From Acidimicrobiales bacterium (GTDB taxonomy: Bacteria; Actinomycetota; Acidimicrobiia; Acidimicrobiales; Bin134): DNA of 64,000 bases. The notes under the pieces were generated by a model. The model was not told the origin of the DNA. It saw nothing but the letters and a program-made list of their open reading frames with translations, and made no database searches. This document shows, in pieces, positions 8,593 to 16,519 of this stretch. Made by a program: the position numbers and the translations under genes. Location: NCBI GenBank assembly GCA_965208785.1, contig OZ242356.1, forward strand, positions 3,138,929 to 3,202,928, in the 5' to 3' direction. Every line of letters begins with the position of its first letter. Positions within the stretch are counted from its first letter, which is position 1.

Positions 8593-9916
8593 AACGCCCC
8601 TTCCTGCTGATTCCATTTATTGAAACTTCTGTGTATGAAAGAGTATTGACTCCAAAGAAGCCGAAGCGAGAGTTCCCACTGCCATCTCGTGCAGGCGTTA
8701 CTCGCGCATATCTATTTTCAATGTCTGCCCACCAGCCAATATCCGTCGGAGTGCAAGATCTCCGTTGAGGGTCTTCGGAAGACGCGATCGCTCCAAGGAT
8801 ACGGGTTCCTTTCATGAAGCAATAGACGCAGTTACCAGCTCCGGCTGGCACACTCAAGTCAAATGACTGCGACTTCCAAAAGTCGATAATGGAATCGGTG
8901 TCTAGACCGGCATCATGGAGGGGGAAGTACGGTCGTTCTCCTGGGGGTTGTGTACGTACCGTGCACTTCGCAGAGGTAGCTCCTTCCGCAAAGAGCGTTC
9001 TCGATAAGACTCGATCTACTCGAGGGGACTCGTCAGCACGAAGGCCCAGAAGTCGTATGTGAAGTGCTCCATTGGGTCCGCGCATGGGCGCTGGAGGACC
9101 TGGCTTCCCCTCTGGGACTGGAGCTGATGTGAAATCCCTCCAGAGCTGAGCCGGACGAGAAGAGGGTTTCTGGTCTAGGTGTTCCGCACGCATGAGAATT
9201 TGGTCTGGAGGGGTGCGACCACCCATCCGAGCGTGTGTCGCGACAGCCTCACCTACATCAGCCAAGTTGACTCCCCAGTGATGGCCTGCGTGAACGGGGC
9301 CAGGAGTTTCGGCGATCCATTCCGAGAGCAACTCGTGTGATGGATATAACTTCAGCTTTGCGGTGCACGTCCTAGAGTGAGGGTTTGGCAGCATCCCCTG
9401 GAGCGCCAACATCTCCTCAAATACCTCACCCGAGGATCGGAATCCCTCCGGATCGTCCTCAACGGGTACCGGCTTGACCAGGCGGTAAGACGCTCGGCGA
9501 CGGTATTCGGACCGCCAGGCGTCCTCTACAGTGCAAAATTCGAACCAAAAGAACGGAATTCCAAATTCTGATTCGATCCTCTCCTTACATCGAGCAGCAA
9601 ATTCATACGTTCCTGGATGTTCGGCAGAGGTGTTGGCAAATAGAACTGCGTCGCCCCGAGACGGCCTCAGGACGCCAGCCTCGGCCAGCATGAACGTGAG
9701 GGCGGCAGAGGATCTGCCACCTGAAAAGCTGACAAAGTGTGGCAGCGCCTCATGTGATGGATGTCGGTACAGAACCGACAACTGCTCTGAAATGCCAGCG
9801 GGAACATCATCAAGAACCTGAGGCCCAGGAGCCGCAGGCGTAACAACGGCACCCATTACGGCCGTCACCTCCTCCCCTCCCTCACGGTACCCACGTGGCG
9901 CTTGCGCAACCCACAC
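8555..9916 (-). CDS. PAPS-reductase-family PP-loop ATP pyrophosphatase, DndC-like
   Basis: PP-loop SFSGGRSS, plus TCTAKLKLYP, LGLRADESPRV and FPLHD...DFW. Cys motifs GNCVYCF and the C-terminal CDC are present. An alternative ATG at 9856 follows GGAGGAGG. Confidence 0.7.
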   Translation of the reverse strand: MWVAQAPRGYREGGEEVTAVMGAVVTPAAPGPQVLDDVPAGISEQLSVLYRHPSHEALPHFVSFSGGRSSAALTFMLAEAGVLRPSRGDAVLFANTSAEHPGTYEFAARCKERIESEFGIPFFWFEFCTVEDAWRSEYRRRASYRLVKPVPVEDDPEGFRSSGEVFEEMLALQGMLPNPHSRTCTAKLKLYPSHELLSEWIAETPGPVHAGHHWGVNLADVGEAVATHARMGGRTPPDQILMRAEHLDQKPSSRPAQLWRDFTSAPVPEGKPGPPAPMRGPNGALHIRLLGLRADESPRVDRVLSRTLFAEGATSAKCTVRTQPPGERPYFPLHDAGLDTDSIIDFWKSQSFDLSVPAGAGNCVYCFMKGTRILGAIASSEDPQRRSCTPTDIGWWADIENRYARVTPARDGSGNSRFGFFGVNTLSYTEVSINGISRKGRYATGTPACDCTD

Positions 9917-10065
9917 AGATTTCTCATGTCTTCCATAGCGACAGCAGATTACTTCTCAGCTACGACAAATAGGCGCACCGGGACACCAAATCGGCCAGAG
10001 TCGGCCCGTCTGGCCAACATGCCACTGCCTCATAGCCAATGCCCATCGAGCAATCTGAAGGCCGA

Positions 10066-11257
10066 TGAGCTTCCCCCCTTTTCGTGGGGAGGTTGGTTGT
10101 GAGGATTGGCGGTGTGGGTCGTCTCGTGTTCTACGGGTGGGGCCATTCCGGTTGCGGAGTGGAGGCGGTGGTGGTTGTACCAGCCGCAGGCCCGCAGCGT
10201 GATTTCTTGGCGGGCTTGGGCTTTGGTGGCCCGGGCCCGGCGGTCGATGGGCTCGTGGGTGAGTGCGGGGGAAGAACGACTCGGCCGGGGCGTTGTCCAG
10301 GGCGTTGCCGGTCCTTTCGGAGGGTCGGGCGATGCCGAGCCGCCGGCAGGCGGCGGCGAAGGCCCCTGCGGTGTATTGCGGCCCCTTGTCGGAGTGAAAG
10401 ACCACGCCGTCGATGTTCCCGCCCCGTGTGGCCGCCGCGGTGTCGGTCGCGGCCTTGGCCGGCTCCGCGGCCGGATAGCGGTTCGAGGCGGCGAACCCGG
10501 CCATGCGCCGCGGGCGCAGGTCCAGCACCGTCGCCAAAAACACCGGGCCCTCGGCGGTCTTGACCTCTTCGAAGTCGCCGCACTGCTTCTGGTTGATCCC
10601 CGAAGCGCTGAAGTCCCGCCGCAATAGGCCTGTCGGGGCCGCACCGCCGGGGTTCCGGCCGGTCAGGCCCTTCTTCTTTTTGGGGCGGGCGCACAGCCCC
10701 CGGCGGGCCATCGGCGCCTCCACCGTCTTCTTCGACACCGACACGCCGTCTCGGCGCAGCTGGGCCCGCACCCCGGGCGACCCGCAGGCCCCCTGGGAGC
10801 GGTCGAACGCCTTTTTGACCTGGGCATCGGCCGCCCGACGGCGGACCTGCATCGGCGCCGGCGGCCGGTCGAGGTGCTTGTAGAACGTCGAGGGAGCAAC
10901 ATCCAGCGCCCGGCAAGACACCGCGTGAGGCACTCCGCGGTCGGCCCTCCGGGATGCGATGAACCCTGCGGCCACCGCGTCGCCCCGCTCACCCAACCGA
11001 CCACGGATCGCTTGAGGACATCGCGCTCCATCCCCCGGCTCGGCCACCCTCATGCGGAGCCGGGCCAGCTCGGCCCGCTCGCCTGCCGACAGCCCGCCGG
11101 CCCGCCCGCCCCGGTCCCGGCGCACCCAGTTCCCCAGCGCGCCCTCACACACACCGAGCCCCCGGGCCACATGGGCCACCGCCCGGCCGGCCTCCTCGAC
11201 GATCCGAACAGCCCCATCTCGGAACTCCCGGCCGAAACTTCTTCGCAGTCCGGACAT
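10066..11257 (-). pseudogene. IS3 family transposase with multiple frameshifts
   Basis: OrfA-like N-terminus (FRDGAVRIVEE...). DDE core HSDKGPQYTAGAF...DNAPAESFF is in one frame. The C-terminal WYNHHRLHSATG is in another frame (ORF 10030-10644). Confidence 0.75.
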
Positions 11258-11302
11258 AACTCCCCCTCATAGAGCATGCCTCCACGAAAAGAGGGGAACC
11301 TC
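10066..11302 (-). mobile_element. IS3-family insertion sequence, degraded
   Basis: Terminal inverted repeats TGAGCTTCCCCCCTTTTCGTGGGGAGG (10066) and the reverse complement TGAGGTTCCCCTCTTTTCGTGGAGG (ending 11302). No matching target duplication was seen. Confidence 0.7.
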
Positions 11303-11735
11303 ACCCGGACCGCCCGCAGTCCGCATAGCAGGCCCGGCAGATCGCCCCTGCGCACACCCTGTAGCCAGACTCGCGCAGCTCCGCTGAGATCGCATGGGGC
11401 GACAGGCGCTCTATGAGGCGGTCCCGCACCAGCCGGCAAAGCCCGGCGTCTGCGGCCAGCTTCGGAAGCCCCGGCCTCCCAGCCGCCACACCGGCCCGGG
11501 CCCGCGCCCCGACGGCGCAGCACGCGCCCGGCGCGCACCGCTTGCGCTCCCCCCAGACCGTCGCCCGGCCCCTTCCCAGCAGCGCCGCGATCCGCGCATC
11601 GCCGAAACCCCGGGCCGCCAGCACCTCGATCCGGGCGCGCTCGCCCGCACCTGAACGCCGTGCCACACTGAACACCTCCACCGGTCGGTCGCAGACATAG
11701 CTGACCGGCCATTCTGGCCGGTCCGTCGCGACCAC
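11301..11735 (-). pseudogene. IS30 family transposase, N-terminal HTH fragment truncated by the IS3 insertion
   Basis: IS30-type N-terminus (ERARIEVLAARGFGDARIAALLGRGRATVWGERKR...LSPHAISAEL). The ORF ends at the IS3 right end (11302). Confidence 0.6.
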
Positions 11736-12317
11736 CGGTGGAGTTCACCGCCTTCTGTGTGAACGCTGCAGTGCAGTCATCAGATATGGCTTTGTAGACC
11801 TTTGAGGCTGATGTGACGCCCTGCGTGGCGGAACCAACAAGCACCTCCGGAATCCACGTCGCCTCTCAGAGGCTCCACCCTCCCCTAACGGTCTCATCAG
11901 CATTCCGATGACACGGGCACTTCAAGCAGGAGAATTCACACAATCCCGTTCCCACACAGAGACCCTGTCATGTACCGAGCAAGCTGACCTTCCGTGCAAT
12001 CGCAATCCTCGGACAGCACCTGCAGACCCCCTCACACCAACACGATCCGTCCCCATGCTTCCTTGCCAGCCCACCAACTGGCGTGTCCGGCAAGGCCGAA
12101 TACACCACTAGCCCTCCCCAATATCCCCTCAATTCACACATCTGCTATATTTCGATGTGGATCTGTATCGCATAGAGTGATGCCTTGTTGGAGCAAGACG
12201 GGGCCTGCACTACATCAAAAACGGCATAACACCTAAAGAACTAAAGTGTAGTTCACTCTTCGATCTACTCAAGATCAAGCTTCAGAGCCAACAATCATCA
12301 AGTTACGGAGGGTATCT

Positions 12318-14279
12318 ATGAGTGACGACTCCTTTTCCGAGCTATTGACCTTAATTGACAAGGGACATCTGCGTCTTCCTCAATTTCAAAGAGAATTTGT
12401 CTGGACCCATAAGCAAGTGAGAGAGTACTTGGACTCCTTGTATCGCGGCTACCCATCTGGGTCAATCCTGATTTGGAAAAAGACCGATACCGATACTATT
12501 CTGGTAACCCGAGGCGACGACACCAGCCCTCCTATCCCTCTACAGCTCTTGCTAGATGGACAACAGAGAATCACAACTCTGTATTGCATCGTAAAGGGGC
12601 AAGCACCTGACTTTTTTACGGGTAATTTCAACGTCTTCAAGAATCTATATTTTCATCTTGAAGAGGAGGAGTTCCAACATGTGAGGTCAAATGTCAAGGA
12701 AGACCCCCTTTACATCGATGTCATGGAATTCTATCAAGAGGATCTTATGCACTATTTCAATATGGTCCAGTCTTTGGAAACTAATGATGCCACTAAGAGC
12801 AAATATCTCATGAGACTCAACACCCTAAACAACATACCCGATAAGAGCGCCAATATTGACACATTTACCGACAGCATTCTTGATCCGCATGCTCCCATTG
12901 ATGGGGTAGTGGAGATCTTCAGCCGTCTGAATACTAACGGGAAAAAGTTGACAGACGTTGACATCACTTTAGCGAGAATGGGGGTCGAGTGGCCTGAAGT
13001 TAGGGAGGATTTGTCCTCAAAGATCGAAGAATGGAAAGGTAAGCTAAGCACGCGAGCCTCTTATGATAAATCCCCCCTCGATTTGAAATGGCTCATGCGA
13101 ACTGCCGTTGTTGTAAAATATGGCAAGACTGATTTCGATGAATTGTGGAAAAATGATTCCGAGGACGTCAAGAGCGGATTCGAAATCACCTATCGATGCA
13201 TTGATCGTACACTCAATCTCCTTGCAGACCGACTTGGACTCGACCGCTCACATGTGATCCTTTCTCCATATGCGCTGCCTGTGATCTGTCGATGGATGCA
13301 GAAAGTGGGCAGAAAGTCGAACTCGGTTGATGAAGGGCTTATCCTAGCTTGGTACATTAGAGCAGCGATTCGGAAGCGTTTTGGGAGTGCTACAGATGAC
13401 GCCATCCAAAAATACACTACCCTTATTGATGCGAACGAACTGTCGCAGTTGGACGACGATCTGGATCAATGGATTCAACAACAAGGATTCCACCCCAACA
13501 TTCACGCTGATGATTTCGCTGGTTCGGGCACTCGCCGGTCTGGGCCTTCGCAGATCTTTTTGTCCATTCTGCATATGATGACAAGAGTCGATGGTGCTCG
13601 TGATCTTTGCAATGGGAACGCGTTAACCTCTTATTTGCATGGTCCTCGATCCAAGTTAGAACTTCATCACATATTTCCTCAGCAATATCTTCTGGATAAT
13701 GGCGTAAAGGACGAAAAGGTCATTGACGCTCATGCGAATCTTTGCTATCTTACTGCTGACTCCAACCGCCAAATCTCAGATTCGCCGCCCAGCGACTACT
13801 TGAACGAAGCGGAACAGATGCACAGTGGTGTACTCCGATCTCAGTGGATTCCACTTGATTCCGATCTTTGGAAGACTGAGAACTATCTCGAGTTTCTCAG
13901 GCAACGACAAGTCTTGATGGCTCAGGCAGTCAGTGATTTTCTTGACCGCACGCGAAATGGAGACCTTTCCAGCGAACGCGGATCACATATAACAGGACCC
14001 CCATCGCAAATCGAATCTCTTGACAAGCGATTGGCCGCTGTCGTTGAACTCTGTGAAGAGCTTGGCCTATCTGAGCCAATTACAAATCATGAATTTGCAG
14101 ACATCAGTTCCTCTTATGCACTTGACTTGGCATGGCCAGACGGTCTCCAGGAAGGACTTACGCCTCCGGTCGCTTATCTACTTGAGGCAAACGAAGAAGC
14201 CGCTCGGTGGCAGGGAATCGAAGGATGGCGCTTCTTCTTCACCTATGAGACTTTTGAGGAATACGCCCGAAGCTTGTGA
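12318..14279 (+). CDS. GmrSD/SspE-like type IV restriction-type nuclease (DUF262 + DUF1524)
   Basis: DUF262 motifs LPQFQREFVW and DGQQRITTLY. DUF1524 His-Me motif LELHHIFPQ...NLCYLTADSNRQIS. GGAGG RBS precedes the ATG. The segment is AT-richer. Confidence 0.8.
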   Translation: MSDDSFSELLTLIDKGHLRLPQFQREFVWTHKQVREYLDSLYRGYPSGSILIWKKTDTDTILVTRGDDTSPPIPLQLLLDGQQRITTLYCIVKGQAPDFFTGNFNVFKNLYFHLEEEEFQHVRSNVKEDPLYIDVMEFYQEDLMHYFNMVQSLETNDATKSKYLMRLNTLNNIPDKSANIDTFTDSILDPHAPIDGVVEIFSRLNTNGKKLTDVDITLARMGVEWPEVREDLSSKIEEWKGKLSTRASYDKSPLDLKWLMRTAVVVKYGKTDFDELWKNDSEDVKSGFEITYRCIDRTLNLLADRLGLDRSHVILSPYALPVICRWMQKVGRKSNSVDEGLILAWYIRAAIRKRFGSATDDAIQKYTTLIDANELSQLDDDLDQWIQQQGFHPNIHADDFAGSGTRRSGPSQIFLSILHMMTRVDGARDLCNGNALTSYLHGPRSKLELHHIFPQQYLLDNGVKDEKVIDAHANLCYLTADSNRQISDSPPSDYLNEAEQMHSGVLRSQWIPLDSDLWKTENYLEFLRQRQVLMAQAVSDFLDRTRNGDLSSERGSHITGPPSQIESLDKRLAAVVELCEELGLSEPITNHEFADISSSYALDLAWPDGLQEGLTPPVAYLLEANEEAARWQGIEGWRFFFTYETFEEYARSL

Positions 14280-14804
14280 GGTGATACCTCTTGTCCTGAA
14301 CACTCAATCAACCTAGGCGGCACCATTGCCGATGTGACGGATTTCTTTGCCGAAACAGCGACAAGAGAGCGATGTGGAATTGCCGGAAGGTTTGTGCCAC
14401 GACTCGCCACCACAGGCAATTGTCATTCGCGTCAGTACACTCGTGACATAGATTTTGGGGCTGTGACCTGCGGACACGGCAGGGATGGGGTGTGTATTGA
14501 TGCGGTGGACGTGGCTGCGTCGGATGATGCCACCTTGGACGTTCGGCTGTGTTGGCTCGGCTATGGGTAGTTACGGCAGGAGTTGCTCAAGCGCCGACTA
14601 GTTCGGTGACCTTCGGGGCGCACGAATACTCTCTGACCGCCAGAAGGACTTTGCGGTGCCGACCCAGCAAGACAAGGAGCATCCCCATCGTGATACTGGG
14701 ATCCACAGGAATGGGTTCGTCTTTCGAAGGGCATGCTCGGAGGCTTGATCGAGGGATGGTCTCAAGAATGGCCTCTTGGGACATCCGGTCCAGGCGGATA
14801 TGAT

Positions 14805-15044
14805 GTGCTGGTGCCAGTAACTCTCGAGCTCCCTGACAATGTGGTGGCTCGTCTTCGCCGCGAGGCCGACAGTCGGGGCGTGAGCTTGGACGAACTCGTG
14901 ACTGAATTGGCATCGCTGCTTCCCCTTTCGCCAACACCGGTTGGCCACCGTACTTTGGGATTTGTCGGCATCGGAGCTTCAAACTCAAGCTTCAATGCCG
15001 CCAACGCAGACGAGATCCTCGCCGAGGGTTTCGGACGCAGCTGA
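14805..15044 (+). CDS. vapB: Ribbon-helix-helix antitoxin, VapB-like
   Basis: VTLELPDNVVARLRREADSRGVSLDELV is an RHH signature. The stop lies 4 nt before the likely PIN toxin start. GTG start inferred; the ORF track starts at 14733. Confidence 0.65.
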   Translation: MLVPVTLELPDNVVARLRREADSRGVSLDELVTELASLLPLSPTPVGHRTLGFVGIGASNSSFNAANADEILAEGFGRS

Positions 15045-15048
15045 ACTC

Positions 15049-15459
15049 TTGCTGGTTGTAGACACCGGGGTCCTGCTAGCTGCGGCTGACTCCAGCGACC
15101 CTGATCATGTTGCATGTGCATCACTATTGGCCACAGAACCCGGACCGCTCCTTGCCTCCCCGCTTGTAGCCGCCGAAGCGGCCTACCTCATCGGACGCCA
15201 ACTGGGCACGTTTGCCGAGTCAGCCTTCATGCGCTCGATCGCTGCTGGAGAAATCACTATGGAGACCTTGACCGCGGCTGAGTTGGTTGCGGTCTCGGAT
15301 CTGATTGACCGCTACTCCGACCTAGGGCTGGGTGCGACTGATGCCTCTGTCGTGGTTCTTGCCGCGCGACATGAAATCCGACGAATCGCAACCCTCGATC
15401 GCCGCCACTTCAGTGTCGTGCGCACTATGACCGGAAAGAGCTTCGAGCTCGTGCCATAG
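15049..15459 (+). CDS. vapC: PIN-domain ribonuclease toxin, VapC-like
   Basis: LLVVDTGVLLAAAD, GATDASVVVLA and TLDRRHF are PIN acidic-residue motifs. Start inferred as TTG at 15049 and is uncertain. Confidence 0.7.
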   Translation: MLVVDTGVLLAAADSSDPDHVACASLLATEPGPLLASPLVAAEAAYLIGRQLGTFAESAFMRSIAAGEITMETLTAAELVAVSDLIDRYSDLGLGATDASVVVLAARHEIRRIATLDRRHFSVVRTMTGKSFELVP

Positions 15460-15484
15460 AAGAGCGCTTCGCGTACTTTTTTTG

Positions 15485-15880
15485 CTATGCAGCCAGAACT
15501 TCGTTGACGATCTTGTAGCCGCTGATGACCGTCATGCCATTGCTCCGGGGGAAGCGCAGCGGTGTGCGCTTGCGGGCTGGTTCCGCCACGATATCGGCGG
15601 CGCGGAACACCTTGCTTATGGTCGTTGCCATCTTCTTCAGGGTCCCGTCTAGCGAGTCGGCGTCGGCAACAAGGAACCAGATCCGCAATTCTCCGGTGTC
15701 GGCTTGACCGAACACACCGCAGTCTGAAATCAGGCCGTGCAGACTGTCCGACACCTTCTCGAACACCGCATCGTATTCGTCCCTACTGAGCGGTTGCTCT
15801 CGCCCTTCGGACCTGCGAGCCAGCACGCCCGTGACAGTGACTTCCATGATCGGGTCGCTCATGCCACCTCCTTGGTGCAA
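15485..15880 (-). CDS. Hypothetical protein
   Basis: 131-aa ORF with no recognisable motif. Confidence 0.35.
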   Translation of the reverse strand: MHQGGGMSDPIMEVTVTGVLARRSEGREQPLSRDEYDAVFEKVSDSLHGLISDCGVFGQADTGELRIWFLVADADSLDGTLKKMATTISKVFRAADIVAEPARKRTPLRFPRSNGMTVISGYKIVNEVLAA

Positions 15881-15964
15881 GTCAGTGCGGACATCTGTCG
15901 ATGTCGGCTTGCCGGTTGACGAGCGTGCGCTGTGAAGACGGTGTGAGGGGGATGGACACTGGGT

Positions 15965-16213
15965 CTATCCGACGGATCGGTTCATGGCCCCGAAGTCGGC
16001 GAAGTCGCGGCCGATCCTGATAAGGGAAAACTCGCCTTCGCCGAACTGCTCATAGCCGGCGATGTTCGCAGTTTCAAGGTCGGCATACACACCATCAGGA
16101 TGGCCATCGCGCATGAGGGCGATTCTGCCACGGTCGTCCCGCTCCAAGCGCACGCGGTGGTCGGACTCGTAGGCGGCTCGGTTCATCTGGGCCTGATCCA
16201 GTTCACCCTGCAT
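15965..16213 (-). CDS. Hypothetical small protein
   Basis: 82-aa ORF upstream of 15485-15880 on the same strand. Confidence 0.35.
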   Translation of the reverse strand: MQGELDQAQMNRAAYESDHRVRLERDDRGRIALMRDGHPDGVYADLETANIAGYEQFGEGEFSLIRIGRDFADFGAMNRSVG

Positions 16214-16398
16214 GCCTTGCCTCCAGGGTCTTTCCCACAGCCTGGATGCTACTGTCGCGGAAGCACTTTTGCGGGTTGGTGATGGAGGCGACCAGGCGCT
16301 CCACTACAGGGCAGATCACGAACCGGGCGGCTGGGGTTCGTCTTTGTGACTTTCTAGCTCTCGCAATCCGACGACTTGTCACCTGCTTGTCACACTGT

Positions 16399-16433
16399 CG
16401 CGAAGTCTTATCACATTGTGACAAGACTTCGCG
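16399..16433. promoter_or_regulatory. 35-bp near-perfect palindrome in a divergent intergenic region
   Basis: CGCGAAGTCTTaTCACAtTGTGAcAAGACTTCGCG, preceded by two direct TTGTCAC copies. Lies between the minus-strand start at 16213 and the plus-strand start at 16520. Confidence 0.5.
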
Positions 16434-16519
16434 CAACATGTACTAAGTAGTGATATGTTAACCAAACATGACTGCAAGCTTCCAAAGATGAAACCAGCCC
16501 AAATCAATTCGAAACCGCA

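Noticed and set aside
12095-12112. ACACCACTAG, matching the last 10 nt of the IS630 terminal repeat, as a possible solo IS end.
   Set aside because: Only a 10-nt match with no further inverted-repeat similarity, so chance occurrence is likely.
14587-14988. Minus-strand ORFs of 133 and 116 aa opposite vapB.
   Set aside because: They are antisense to a well-motifed RHH antitoxin and have no motifs of their own.
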